This document shows positions 28,668 through 38,318 of a DNA stretch of 64,000 nt, piece after piece. The first letter of the stretch is position 1, and every line of letters starts with the position of its first letter. The notes under the pieces were generated by a model, which was not told the DNA's origin, made no database searches, and saw only the letters and a list, made by a program, of their open reading frames with translations. The position numbers and the translations under genes are program-made. Origin of the DNA: Vicinamibacteria bacterium (GTDB lineage Bacteria > Acidobacteriota > Vicinamibacteria > Marinacidobacterales > Marinacidobacteraceae); assembly GCA_963555995.3 (NCBI GenBank), contig OY821641.1, positions 2,400,001 to 2,464,000 of the forward strand, written 5' to 3'.

Positions 28668-29714
28668 CTACCGATACGAAGCGACGATCTCGTCCAGGGT
28701 CTCGCGCGGCGGACGAAGCTGATCCTCCGAAAGCAGCGCGAGCGGTTCGTCGCAGAGTTCGAGACTGTCGAGGAAGGTGCGCTTGCTGGTGTCGAGATAG
28801 AGGAGACCGGTCAGGAACAGGTTCTTCTCGTTGGCCTCGAGTACGAGTTCCTGCGCCGAGCGCCGGTCGGTCGGGTCGTAGCCCCGTTCCAGTTTCCGGA
28901 GGCGGACCCAGGATCCGTCGTGGAGCTGGACCTCCTGATCGGTCCCTTCCTCGTACTCGACCTCGATCTGATCCATCGCCGGCACGAAATCGAGGATGTG
29001 GATCGGTTCCTCGTTGTCCTTCCCCCAGGTATAGCTCTTGGTCGAACCCGCATGGTTGTTGAAAGTGACGCAGGGGCTCAGGATGTCGAGGACGGCGGTG
29101 CCGTTGTGGGAGAGCGCCCCGCGCAGCAGCGCCACGAGCTGTTTCGGATCCCCGGCGAAGGACCGCGCCACGTAGGTCGCCCCGAGCTCGATCGCCATGC
29201 CGCAGAGATCAATGTTGGGAAGCCGGTTCACCTCGCCGGACCGGAGCGCGGCGTTCTCGTCGGCGGTCGCCGAGAACTGTCCCTTGGTCAGGCCGTACAC
29301 CCCGTTGTTCTCCACGATGTAGATCAGCGGCAGATTGCGCCGCACCAGGTGCACGAACTGCCCGATCCCGATCGAGGCGGTGTCGCCGTCGCCGGAGACG
29401 CCGACCGCAACCAGCCGGCGGTTGGCGAGTACCGCCCCGGTCGCCACCGACGGCATGCGGCCGTGGACCGCGTTGAAGCCGTGGCTGTGATTCAGGAAGT
29501 ACGCCGGCGTCTTCGAGGAGCAGCCGATTCCGGAAAGCTTCGCCACTTGGTGGGGACGCACGTCGGACTCGAAGAGCGCGCGAATCAACTGGCTCGAAAT
29601 CGCGTCGTGGCCGCAACCCTTGCAGAGGGTCGAGGGCTTGCCCTTGTAGTCGGAGGGCGTCAGGCCCAACCGGTTGACCTTGCGAGGTCGTGAGGAGGCG
29701 TCGGGAGCTGGCAT
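28668..29714 (-). CDS. korB: 2-oxoacid:ferredoxin oxidoreductase beta subunit
   Basis: LCKGCGH, SGIGCSSK, HGRM, SGDGD, NNGVYGLTKGQ, SPCVTFN. Confidence 0.92.
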   Translation of the reverse strand: MPAPDASSRPRKVNRLGLTPSDYKGKPSTLCKGCGHDAISSQLIRALFESDVRPHQVAKLSGIGCSSKTPAYFLNHSHGFNAVHGRMPSVATGAVLANRRLVAVGVSGDGDTASIGIGQFVHLVRRNLPLIYIVENNGVYGLTKGQFSATADENAALRSGEVNRLPNIDLCGMAIELGATYVARSFAGDPKQLVALLRGALSHNGTAVLDILSPCVTFNNHAGSTKSYTWGKDNEEPIHILDFVPAMDQIEVEYEEGTDQEVQLHDGSWVRLRKLERGYDPTDRRSAQELVLEANEKNLFLTGLLYLDTSKRTFLDSLELCDEPLALLSEDQLRPPRETLDEIVASYR

Positions 29715-29728
29715 CAGGGAATCCTCCG

Positions 29729-31591
29729 TCAGGCGGCGCCGATCTCCATCTCGGTCACGTAGTCCACGATGGTCTGCGCGTCCATCGGGTGCCCGCTGTA
29801 GTGGCGGAGACTCCGGAGCACCCCCGGGGGAATCCGGTCCCCGTATTCGGCCCGCAACAACTGGAGCATCTGTCCGTCCCGGTTCTGGTCGAGGACCACC
29901 ACCCGTTGCCGCGAGGTGATGAAGTCGAGAACGGACGGGGCGAAGGGCAGCGCCCGCGGGCGCAGATAGTCCATTTCGATCGCCGCTTCCCCGCGGAGCC
30001 GGGTACGGGCTTCCTCGATCGCGGGGTCGGAGGAACCGAAGCCGATGATTCCCAGCGGGCTCACCGGTTCCGTCTGATCCACCACCGGCGGCGGCACCAT
30101 TTCCCGCGCCGTCTCGAACTTGCGGTCGAGCCGGGTCATGATCCGGACGTAGGCCTCTTCACTCTCGGTGTACTCGGCGCTCTCGTCATGGCCGCTGCCC
30201 CGCGTGAAGTAGGCCGCCCCGGGGTGCTCCGTCCCGGGGAGCGTCCGATAGGGGATCGCGTCGCCGTCCACGTCGGCGTAGCGCTGGAAGGTCCCGCCCA
30301 GCCGCTCGAGGTCCTCGCGGGTGAGCACCTTGCCGCGGTCCATGGGCCGGTCGGGGTACTCGAAGGGTTCCGTCGCCCAGATGTTCATGCCGAGGTCGAG
30401 ATCGGACAACACGAACACCGGCGTCTGGAGGCGCTCCGCCAGATCGAAGGCCCTCCAGCCGAACTCGAAGCACTCGCGGGTCGAGGCTGGGAGCAGGCAC
30501 ACGTGCTTGGTGTCCCCGTGGGAGAGCGCGTAGGTGGAGAGGATGTCCCCCTGGGCGGTGCGCGTCGGCAGACCCGTCGAGGGGCCGACCCGCTGGATGT
30601 TCCAGATCACCAAGGGGATCTCGGCGTAGTAGCCGAGCCCGACGAATTCGGACATCAGCGAGATCCCCGGTCCGGAAGTGGCGGTCATCGCCCGGGTGCC
30701 GGCCCACCCGGCGGCCAGCGCCATGCCGACCGCGGCGAGTTCATCTTCGGCCTGGACCACCGCGTAGGTCGCCTTGCCGTCCGGACCCTTCCGGTACCGC
30801 TTGAGGAAGCCGGTGAGCTGCTCGACGACGCTCGAGGACGGGGTGATCGGATACCAGGTCGCGACGCTCGCTCCCCCGAACATGGCGCCGAGCGCCGCGG
30901 CGGCGTTCCCGTCAATGAGGATCTTGCCGCGGTTCCGGTCCATCCGTTCGAGGGTGAAGGGGTCCTGCTTGACCAGGTTCTCGCGCGCGTGGCGAATCCC
31001 GATCTCCACGGCCCGGCGGTTCAACTCGACGGCGGCCTTCTTGCTCCGGAACTGGCTTTCGATGGCCCCGAAGATCTCGTCCACCTCGATCGAGAGCAGC
31101 TCTCCCAGCAACCCGACATAGATCATGTTGGCGAGCAGCTTGCGCAGCCGTACCTCGCGGGTCACCTCGGCGGCCAACTCCGAGAAGGGCGCCGGGTAGA
31201 ACACCAGGTCGTCGCGGCGGCGTTCCAGCCGCAGGCCTTCCTCGTAGACGACGGCGCTGCCCGGAGCCAGCGATTCGACGTCCCGGACGGCGGTCTGGGG
31301 ATTAAGCGCCACCAAGTAGTCCACGTTCCGCTTGCGCGCCACCCAGCCGTCCCGGTTCGCGCGAATGGTGAACCAGGTCGGCAGTCCCGCGATGTTCGAG
31401 GGAAAGAGGTTCTTGCCGCCGACTGGGATCCCCATGCGGAACAGCGCCCGGAGGAGGACCAGGTTCGAGGACTGGCTTCCGGAGCCGTTGACGGTGGCGA
31501 CCTGGATCGCCAGGTCGTTGACGATGCGGTCGGGCTCGGACTCGATTTCGCTGGGAGCGTCTTCCTCGAGGAGCGCCGTTTTGTTGGACAT
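29729..31591 (-). CDS. korA: 2-oxoacid:acceptor oxidoreductase alpha subunit
   Basis: NGSGSQS, WYPITPSS, QAEDELAA, TATSGPG, QRVGPSTGLPTRTAQGD; start ATG 31591. Confidence 0.92.
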   Translation of the reverse strand: MSNKTALLEEDAPSEIESEPDRIVNDLAIQVATVNGSGSQSSNLVLLRALFRMGIPVGGKNLFPSNIAGLPTWFTIRANRDGWVARKRNVDYLVALNPQTAVRDVESLAPGSAVVYEEGLRLERRRDDLVFYPAPFSELAAEVTREVRLRKLLANMIYVGLLGELLSIEVDEIFGAIESQFRSKKAAVELNRRAVEIGIRHARENLVKQDPFTLERMDRNRGKILIDGNAAAALGAMFGGASVATWYPITPSSSVVEQLTGFLKRYRKGPDGKATYAVVQAEDELAAVGMALAAGWAGTRAMTATSGPGISLMSEFVGLGYYAEIPLVIWNIQRVGPSTGLPTRTAQGDILSTYALSHGDTKHVCLLPASTRECFEFGWRAFDLAERLQTPVFVLSDLDLGMNIWATEPFEYPDRPMDRGKVLTREDLERLGGTFQRYADVDGDAIPYRTLPGTEHPGAAYFTRGSGHDESAEYTESEEAYVRIMTRLDRKFETAREMVPPPVVDQTEPVSPLGIIGFGSSDPAIEEARTRLRGEAAIEMDYLRPRALPFAPSVLDFITSRQRVVVLDQNRDGQMLQLLRAEYGDRIPPGVLRSLRHYSGHPMDAQTIVDYVTEMEIGAA

Positions 31592-31905
31592 CAGGCCATT
31601 GTTCAGGAGGCGATTCTGTGGGACGGGAGCCGCCTCATGGTTCAGGCAGGGGGACGGCCGGACTTTGCTTTGGAGAATCCACGGAAAGCTCCCGGAATCC
31701 GGGCAGCCAAGCGGAGTTGCGCTCCGGAGCGTTGCCGCATCCGGACACCCTCCAGACAGTTGCCAGTGTACTTCAATCTCGTGGTTTTCCGGTGTCCGCG
31801 GCGACCGGGAAATCCCGCGGAGCACTAGACTTCCGTGTTCCACGGCACCCGGAACGACGGGTTCGGGGCGCGGCGCCGGCCGCTCCGCCGTGCGGACAAG
31901 AGGCA

Positions 31906-32730
31906 ATGCGACCCACCTGGCAGGGCAACCTGAAGCTGGCCCTCGTGCTCGTTCCGGTACGGGCATACCCGGCGGCCCGCGAAAAAAAGGTCGCGATGAA
32001 CCAGTTGCACAAGGAGTGCAAGGCCCGGGTCCGGCTGCAGCGGCGCTGCACGGCGTGTGAAGCGGATCTCGAACGCGACGAGATCGTCCGCGGTTACGAA
32101 TTCGCGAAGGAGCAGTACGTCCTGATTCAGGAAGAGGACCTCGCCACCCTCCAACTCCCTTCGCTCCGGACGCTGGACATCGTCCAGTTCGTGGAGGAAT
32201 CCGAGATCAACCCCCTCTACTACCACGGCTCCTACTACCTGGCCCCGGCCGGCGAGGTCGCCGCCGGGCCGTTCCACACCATCCTCCAGGCGATGCACGC
32301 GTCGAAACGGGTGGCCATCGCCCAGGTCGTTCTCGCGGGCAAGGAAAAGGTGGTGGCGATCCGCCCCTCCGACGATGTCTTCCTGATGTCGTTTCTCCAC
32401 TATCCGGACGAGGTCCGGAAGGTGTCGGACATTGACGACCTGCCGGCCGCACGCGAACCGAACGCCGCCGAGACCGCGATGGCCCGGCAACTGCTCGACT
32501 CCTATGCCCGTCCGTTCGACCTGAGCGACTTCGAAGACAGCTATCGGAAACGCTTCCTGGAGATCGTGGAGGCCAAGTGCCGCGGCGAGGAGTTGGTCAC
32601 CGCTCCCAGCGTCGAGCCGCGCCGCGTCATCAACCTCATGGATGCCCTGAAATCGAGCCTCGCCCGGATCGAGGCCGAGGAACTCGGCGACCCGGATCCG
32701 GCGTCCGGTGAGGAGCGGCGGGCAAGCTGA
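31906..32730 (+). CDS. ku: Non-homologous end-joining protein Ku
   Basis: MRPTWQGNLKLALVLVPVRAY, IVRGYE, SYYLAP, LHYPDEVR, VINLMDALKSSL. Confidence 0.93.
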   Translation: MRPTWQGNLKLALVLVPVRAYPAAREKKVAMNQLHKECKARVRLQRRCTACEADLERDEIVRGYEFAKEQYVLIQEEDLATLQLPSLRTLDIVQFVEESEINPLYYHGSYYLAPAGEVAAGPFHTILQAMHASKRVAIAQVVLAGKEKVVAIRPSDDVFLMSFLHYPDEVRKVSDIDDLPAAREPNAAETAMARQLLDSYARPFDLSDFEDSYRKRFLEIVEAKCRGEELVTAPSVEPRRVINLMDALKSSLARIEAEELGDPDPASGEERRAS

Positions 32731-32816
32731 CCGACGCGCCCCCCCGGTCCCCCGATCGGGACTCGGCGGTCCCCGGAGGAGGACCGGTTCTTCCTCCGGA
32801 CTGGCTGGCGCGCGGG

Positions 32817-33764
32817 GTGAAGCCCATGCTCGCCGGCGAGGGACGCCCGTTCGACTCGGCGGACCATCTCTTCGACGCCAAGTGGGACGGCCTTCGCTCC
32901 ATCGCCTTCTTCGGGCCGACGGTCCGGCTCCAGGCGCGCAGCCTCCGCGACCAGACCCGGCGCTTCCCCGAACTCGCCGCGGCGCTGGCCGCACTCCCCG
33001 GGGCCGGCGTCCTCGACGGAGAGATCGTCGTCATGGACGGCGACCGCTCGAGCTTTCCGCTGGTCATGGAGCGCAACCGGATGCGCTCGGAGAGCGCAAT
33101 CCGGCGCGGCGCCGCGGAGACCCCCGCGTGGTTCGTCGCTTTTGATCTCCTCCATCGCGACGGCGCCCGGTTGACCGCGGCGCCGCTAGCCGAACGGCGG
33201 CGCGCGCTGAGCGCCCTGCTTCCCGACGCGGGGGGACGGATCTTCGCCAATCCCCTGGTCGTCGGCGAGGGCCGGCGCTTCTTCGCCGCGATGCGCGAGC
33301 GAAACATGGAAGGGATGGTCGCGAAGCGGCTCCAGAGCCCCTATCGGATCGGCGAGCGCAGCGACGACTGGCGGAAGATCAAGGTGCGCCCCCGGCGGAG
33401 TTGCGTGGTGTTCGGGACCCTGCACCGGAACCCGGACGGGCCGGTGCGTTCCCTGGTGGTGGGAGCCTACGGCCCGGGCGGACCGGTCTGGCTCGGAAAC
33501 GTGGGGAGCGGGCTCGACACCGAGACCCGGAGCCAACTGACCGAGCAGCTCCGGAGCCTCGAGTGCCCCGCTCCGCCCGGCTTCGGGGCGACCGGGGACG
33601 GGCATATCCGCTACGTGAGGCCGCTGCTGGTGGTTACCGTCGAGTACCTGGAACTGACCCCCGCCGGGCGCCTGCGCCATCCGGCGTTCGTGGGGTTCGA
33701 AGACCGGGACCCACGCTCGTGCGAGGTTCCAGCGGTCAGAGAACGTCCAGCAGATCCCGGATGA
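32817..33764 (+). CDS. ATP-dependent DNA ligase (LigD/LigC-like, ligase domain only)
   Basis: KPMLA, KWDG adenylation motif, LDGEIV, AFDLL, EGMVAKR, WRKIK, LRHPAF. Confidence 0.9.
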   Translation: MKPMLAGEGRPFDSADHLFDAKWDGLRSIAFFGPTVRLQARSLRDQTRRFPELAAALAALPGAGVLDGEIVVMDGDRSSFPLVMERNRMRSESAIRRGAAETPAWFVAFDLLHRDGARLTAAPLAERRRALSALLPDAGGRIFANPLVVGEGRRFFAAMRERNMEGMVAKRLQSPYRIGERSDDWRKIKVRPRRSCVVFGTLHRNPDGPVRSLVVGAYGPGGPVWLGNVGSGLDTETRSQLTEQLRSLECPAPPGFGATGDGHIRYVRPLLVVTVEYLELTPAGRLRHPAFVGFEDRDPRSCEVPAVRERPADPG

Positions 33765-34326
33765 TGCGGGCCGTCAGGCCCCAGATGTCGTAGTCCCGGT
33801 ACCGGTACCGGAAGACGACCCGGGAGATGGCGGCGGAACCGTCCCCGAGCCTCCGGCCCCGCTGAACCTCGGCGGTCTCGCAGTCCGGGAGCAACAGCGT
33901 CCCGAGCGGCACTCCGAAGATCTCGTCCACCTCGGGCCCGGCTCGCAGGACCGCCGACGCCGGGATGAGCCCCACGAAGGGGACGAGCCGGAACCCCTGC
34001 ACCGTGAGGCGGTCGTCGAGCCGGCCGAGGACCCGCACCGCGGCCGGGTCGAGCCCGATCTCCTCGCGTCCCTCCCGCAGGGCGGCGGCCAGTTCGGATG
34101 GATCTTCGGGATCGATCATGCCGCCGGGAAACGCGATGTCTCCCGGTTGGCGGCGGAGATCCGCGGCGCGGCGCGTCAGGACAATCTCGTAGCCGCCGTC
34201 CCGCTGGACCAGCGGGACGATGACCGCGGCCCCGCGAAGCGTCGCGTCGAGGCGTCGCGGAGCGCGCTGCGCGAGCCGGGAAGCGATCCGACCGGGGAGG
34301 GTCTCGACTTCGGGTTGGGGGGACAA
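33736..34326 (-). CDS. Nudix hydrolase, CoA pyrophosphatase type
   Basis: AAVIVPL, LTRRA, IAFPGG..AALREGREEIGL, IWGLTA. Confidence 0.88.
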   Translation of the reverse strand: MSPQPEVETLPGRIASRLAQRAPRRLDATLRGAAVIVPLVQRDGGYEIVLTRRAADLRRQPGDIAFPGGMIDPEDPSELAAALREGREEIGLDPAAVRVLGRLDDRLTVQGFRLVPFVGLIPASAVLRAGPEVDEIFGVPLGTLLLPDCETAEVQRGRRLGDGSAAISRVVFRYRYRDYDIWGLTARIIRDLLDVL

Positions 34327-34369
34327 GCTTCGGTGTATCGGTGCGGAACGAGGTCAATATACTCGCGGC

Positions 34370-34852
34370 GTGTCCGGGCGAATTCTCCTCAGAACGGCGG
34401 TTATCGCCGGGGTCCTGTTCGCGGGAAGGGACGCGCTCGCCCAGCCCGTCATCCAGATCGGATCGGGCGGCGAATCGGGGGGCGCGAGAGAAGGATGGGT
34501 TCTCGGCGCCGGTTACAACTTCGACTTCCCGGTACTTCCCTTCGACATCGGCGGCCTGGTCCAGGGCGGCACCGGCATCGAGACCGAGGGCGGGGATACG
34601 CAGTACCCCCTGCGGGCGTTCCTCACCGGCAGAGTGGGGATGCTTCCGCTGCCCGGTTTCAGCGTGTACCTGGGCGGAGGGGCGGGAGTGGCGACCCGGC
34701 TGGGCGGTGAGGCCGAGTCGGCAACCGTGCCGGCGGGGATGGCGTTCGGGGGCTTCGAGGTCGGCAGGCTCCATCTGGAAGTCCAGTGGCAGCGGGAGTT
34801 CCACGAAGAACCCGTGAACCGGTGGGTGACGGCCATCGGGGTTACGTTCTGA
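34370..34852 (+). CDS. Small secreted protein, probable outer-membrane beta-barrel
   Basis: Signal peptide, alternating beta-strand pattern, C-terminal WVTAIGVTF. Confidence 0.6.
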   Translation: MSGRILLRTAVIAGVLFAGRDALAQPVIQIGSGGESGGAREGWVLGAGYNFDFPVLPFDIGGLVQGGTGIETEGGDTQYPLRAFLTGRVGMLPLPGFSVYLGGGAGVATRLGGEAESATVPAGMAFGGFEVGRLHLEVQWQREFHEEPVNRWVTAIGVTF

Positions 34853-35856
34853 ACGAATCCGTCACGTTCTCCGCACCGACGCGGATTGATCTGGCGGGCG
34901 GCACCCTCGACATCTGGCCGGTCGGCCTGCTCGTTCCCCGCGCCGCGACGGTGAACGCCGCCATCAGCCTCCGGGCGCGGGCAACCGTCTCCACCGGACC
35001 TCGGTTCCGGGTGGTGAATCACCAGCGCGGCCTCGACCTCTCCTCCACCTCTCCCGAAGCGTTCTTCCGCCATCCTTTCGCGGCGCTCGCCGGCCGACTC
35101 CTCGAGTTCTTCAAGCCGCGGGATCCGGTGGAAGTCCATTTCCAGACCACCGCCCCGCCGGGCTCGGGCCTCGGGGGATCGTCCTCGCTCGCGATGGCGA
35201 TCGCCGGAGCGCTGAACGAGGTGACGGGCGCCGGCTGGACGGTCCGGCAACTCGTCCGCATCGTGATGGACACCGAGGTACGGATCCTGAGAACCGCCAC
35301 GGGATCCCAGGACCAGCTCGCGGCGGGCCTCGGCGGCACGCGCGCGCATCACTGGGTGAGCCCGGAACCCCGGTCGGAACCCCTGCCCTGGCTGGACGAC
35401 GGCGCCGATCCCCTCGAGGAGCGCCTCGTCCTCGTGTACACGGGGGAGGCGCATTCGTCCGCGGACCCGAACGGCAGCGTGCTCGAGCGCATCTTCGCCG
35501 GGGAGCCGGCGGCCGTCCGGGGCATCGAGGTGATCGCGGAAGCGGCCTACGGGATGCGGGGCGCGCTGCTCGAGCGGGACTGGGACGGGGTGTCGGAAAT
35601 GCTCGGCGTCGAGTGGGGGGCCCGGCGGGCGCTCTCGGAAAGGGTCACCACGGCGACCATCGAGCGTCTGGGCGACGCGATGCAGCAGGCCGGCGCCCGC
35701 GCGGTCAAGGCGTGCGGCGCCGGAGGCGGCGGCACCCTGATGGCCATCGCCCGTCCCGAAGCACGGCGGGCGGTGGCGGCCGCCGCGCGCGCCGCCGGCG
35801 GTCAGGTCCTGGAAGCGGCCAGCGATGCAGCGGGACTGCGTCGCGAGCCATCGTGA
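34849..35856 (+). CDS. GHMP family sugar kinase (HddA-like)
   Basis: APTRIDLAGGTLD, PPGSGLGGSS, GSQDQ, KACGAGGGG; start probably CTG overlapping the upstream TGA. Confidence 0.85.
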   Translation: MNESVTFSAPTRIDLAGGTLDIWPVGLLVPRAATVNAAISLRARATVSTGPRFRVVNHQRGLDLSSTSPEAFFRHPFAALAGRLLEFFKPRDPVEVHFQTTAPPGSGLGGSSSLAMAIAGALNEVTGAGWTVRQLVRIVMDTEVRILRTATGSQDQLAAGLGGTRAHHWVSPEPRSEPLPWLDDGADPLEERLVLVYTGEAHSSADPNGSVLERIFAGEPAAVRGIEVIAEAAYGMRGALLERDWDGVSEMLGVEWGARRALSERVTTATIERLGDAMQQAGARAVKACGAGGGGTLMAIARPEARRAVAAAARAAGGQVLEAASDAAGLRREPS

Positions 35857-36197
35857 CCGAGGCGACGGAACACGCCGTCTGCAGCGTGGCCAAGCTGAAG
35901 GCGGAATCCGCCATCGCCGTGGACGTCGGCGACCAGCGGATCGCCGTCTTCTGGTACGGGAACCGGGTCTACGCCCTGAACGAGACCTGCCCCCACCGGG
36001 GCGGCCCGCTGCACCAGGGCCGCCTCCGGCACGGCATCGTGATCTGCCCGTGGCACCTCTGGCAGTTCGATCTTGTCACCGGCTGCTCGCCGGTGAACCC
36101 GAACTCGCGGGTCCCCGTCTATCCGGCGCGGGTCGAGAACGGCATGGTGCTGGTCAGCGTGCCCTACCGACCGGCCGCGAACCGTAGTTCTTCGTAG
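35853..36197 (+). CDS. Rieske 2Fe-2S ferredoxin (NirD-like)
   Basis: CPHRGGPL..ICPWHLWQFDLVTG. Confidence 0.9.
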   Translation: MTEATEHAVCSVAKLKAESAIAVDVGDQRIAVFWYGNRVYALNETCPHRGGPLHQGRLRHGIVICPWHLWQFDLVTGCSPVNPNSRVPVYPARVENGMVLVSVPYRPAANRSSS

Positions 36198-37003
36198 CGC
36201 TCCGGCGGCAGGTCCGAACCGAAGCGTCTTCCGTGTTTCGGCTCGTGGAAGTCCGATCCGCCGCTGACCATGAGACCCAGCGAGTCCGCGACACTCAGGT
36301 AGTGCTCGCGCTCGTCTTCGTCCTGCTCGACGTGGTACGCCTCGAGCGCCCGGACGCCGGCCTCCCGGAGCATGGAAGGCAGCACGGATTGGTCCTTCAG
36401 ATACTTGGGATGGGCGACGGAGCTGATTCCTCCCGCAGCGTGCACCATCCTCGCGGCTTCGTCCACGCCGATCTTCAATCCATACCGGACATGTCCGGCT
36501 TTCCCGTCGCCGAGATACCTGTCGAAGGCCTCCTTGCGGTCACGCACAGCGCCTTTCCGCACCAACGCGTCCGCCACGTGGGGACGACCGAGCGAGCGCC
36601 CGCTGGACATCGCGGCCACCTCCTCGAACCGTAGGGATACGCCCGCGGCGGTGAGCCGATTGCAAGTCTCCGCGATTCGCGCCCTGCGGCTCTTCGAAAC
36701 CTCATCGAAGAGCGCGGTGAGCGCCCGATCCTCGGGGTCCAGGAACAGGCCCAGCAGGTGGACGGACTCGCGTCCCCACTGGCAACTCACTTCGACGCCG
36801 GCCACCAGTTCGATCCCGCATTCGGCGGCGGCCCGGCGGGCCTCCGGGATTCCGGTCAGGGTGTCGTGGTCCGTCAGCGCCAGCACCGTCACTCCGTCGC
36901 GCGCCGCGGCCTCGACGGCCCCCCGCGGGGAGAGCACTCCATCCGATTCGGTGGAGTGGGAGTGAAGATCAATGTTCGGAGTACGGCCGGCAGCGGATGT
37001 CAT
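36164..37003 (-). CDS. PHP domain phosphoesterase (TrpH/YciV-like)
   Basis: DLHSHSTESDG, LTDHDT, GVEVS, GRPH, AHP, GGSDFH. Confidence 0.9.
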   Translation of the reverse strand: MTSAAGRTPNIDLHSHSTESDGVLSPRGAVEAAARDGVTVLALTDHDTLTGIPEARRAAAECGIELVAGVEVSCQWGRESVHLLGLFLDPEDRALTALFDEVSKSRRARIAETCNRLTAAGVSLRFEEVAAMSSGRSLGRPHVADALVRKGAVRDRKEAFDRYLGDGKAGHVRYGLKIGVDEAARMVHAAGGISSVAHPKYLKDQSVLPSMLREAGVRALEAYHVEQDEDEREHYLSVADSLGLMVSGGSDFHEPKHGRRFGSDLPPERYEELRFAAGR

Positions 37004-37105
37004 GGAAGGGCCGGAAGTCTAATCGGCGGGTCGAGCTCGAGGGCCGCTAGAATCATGCGTTGTCCGCCCCGGTCCGGGGCGCGAATCAGCCAAGGAGCGA
37101 ACCCC

Positions 37106-37429
37106 ATGCTCAGCCTGACCGATGTCGCCGCCACCAAGGTCGCGGAGTTCCTCGTAAAGCACGAACGCCCGAACGCCCTGCTCCGGGTCCGCGTGGTGGG
37201 CGGCGGATGCTCCGGCTTTCAGTATCAACTGGCGCTTGACGACGAGTCCCGCACCGGAGACCAGGTGATCGAGAAGAACGGCGTCAAGATGCTCATTGAC
37301 GAGCGCAGCCTGCCCTACCTCGAGGGGACCGAGATTGACTACGTCGAGGACATCATGGGAGCGGGATTCCGCTTCAACAACCCGAACGCCGTCTCGAGTT
37401 GCGGCTGCGGGGAGTCCTTCCAGGTCTGA
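37106..37429 (+). CDS. Fe-S cluster assembly accessory protein, HesB/IscA/ErpA family
   Basis: LRVRVVGGGCSGFQY, FNNPNA..CGCGESF. Confidence 0.95.
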   Translation: MLSLTDVAATKVAEFLVKHERPNALLRVRVVGGGCSGFQYQLALDDESRTGDQVIEKNGVKMLIDERSLPYLEGTEIDYVEDIMGAGFRFNNPNAVSSCGCGESFQV

Positions 37430-37543
37430 CGGGGAGAGACTGACGAGGGCGCTCAGCCAGGGTTCCGGCGAACGGCCTGATCGCCGGCAACAGGACTGGC
37501 CCGGGCGCCACACCCTGCCCCTCGTCTTCCTGAGCGCCCGGTC

Positions 37544-38308
37544 GTGATCGGCGCCACCGTCGCGGTCCTGACCGTCCGGCTGGCGGCGGGGAGCCTCCTC
37601 GCCGCCGGAATCATCCACGGCGTCCACCGGGTTCCGGACGGTTATCTCCGCCTCGTGGCGCGGGGCGCGGCGGCGGCGATGGCGCTCGGGCTCCTCGCGG
37701 GACGGAGCCGTCCGGAAGCCCCCTTCTGGGCGCTGCTGCTGGCCGGCGCCATCGTGCTCGCCTTCGCCGTTCCCCGCCTGGGCGGCCGCCCACGGGCGCT
37801 CGCCGCCGGCATGGCCGGGACCGGCCTGCTCGGCGCCGTGCTGCCGTCCCTCGCGGCCCCCGAGCTGCCGGGGTTGGCCCTCGCCTCCAACCTCTCGGGC
37901 GCCGCCCTCCTCGGAGGGGTCGCCGCCACGATGCTGCTGGGCCACTGGTACCTGGTGGACACCGCGCTCTCGATCCGGCCGCTCTCCGTCGGCTCCCGCC
38001 TGTGCACCGGCGCCACCGCGCTCCGCATCGGGGTCGCCGCGTTCGCGCTGCTCTACGGGGGAATCGCCGAGCTTCGCCTCGGGAGCGCCTCCGACCTCAT
38101 CTACTCGACCCCCGCCCTCTTCTTCGGGTTCCGGGTCCTGACCGGTCTGCTCTTCCCGGCGTTCCTGGCTCTCATGATCCGGAATACCGTGCGCATCCGA
38201 TCGACGCAGTCGGCAACGGGACTACTCTACGTAGCGCTCATCCTGGTCCTGTTCGGCGAACTCACCGCGGCCTTCCTCGAGGTGGTGACCGCCGGGCGAT
38301 TGGTCTGA
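37544..38308 (+). CDS. Uncharacterised polytopic membrane protein
   Basis: About 7-8 hydrophobic segments; MLLGHWYL and STQSATGLLYV motifs. Confidence 0.7.
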   Translation: MIGATVAVLTVRLAAGSLLAAGIIHGVHRVPDGYLRLVARGAAAAMALGLLAGRSRPEAPFWALLLAGAIVLAFAVPRLGGRPRALAAGMAGTGLLGAVLPSLAAPELPGLALASNLSGAALLGGVAATMLLGHWYLVDTALSIRPLSVGSRLCTGATALRIGVAAFALLYGGIAELRLGSASDLIYSTPALFFGFRVLTGLLFPAFLALMIRNTVRIRSTQSATGLLYVALILVLFGELTAAFLEVVTAGRLV

Positions 38309-38318
38309 CGCGGAGAAG

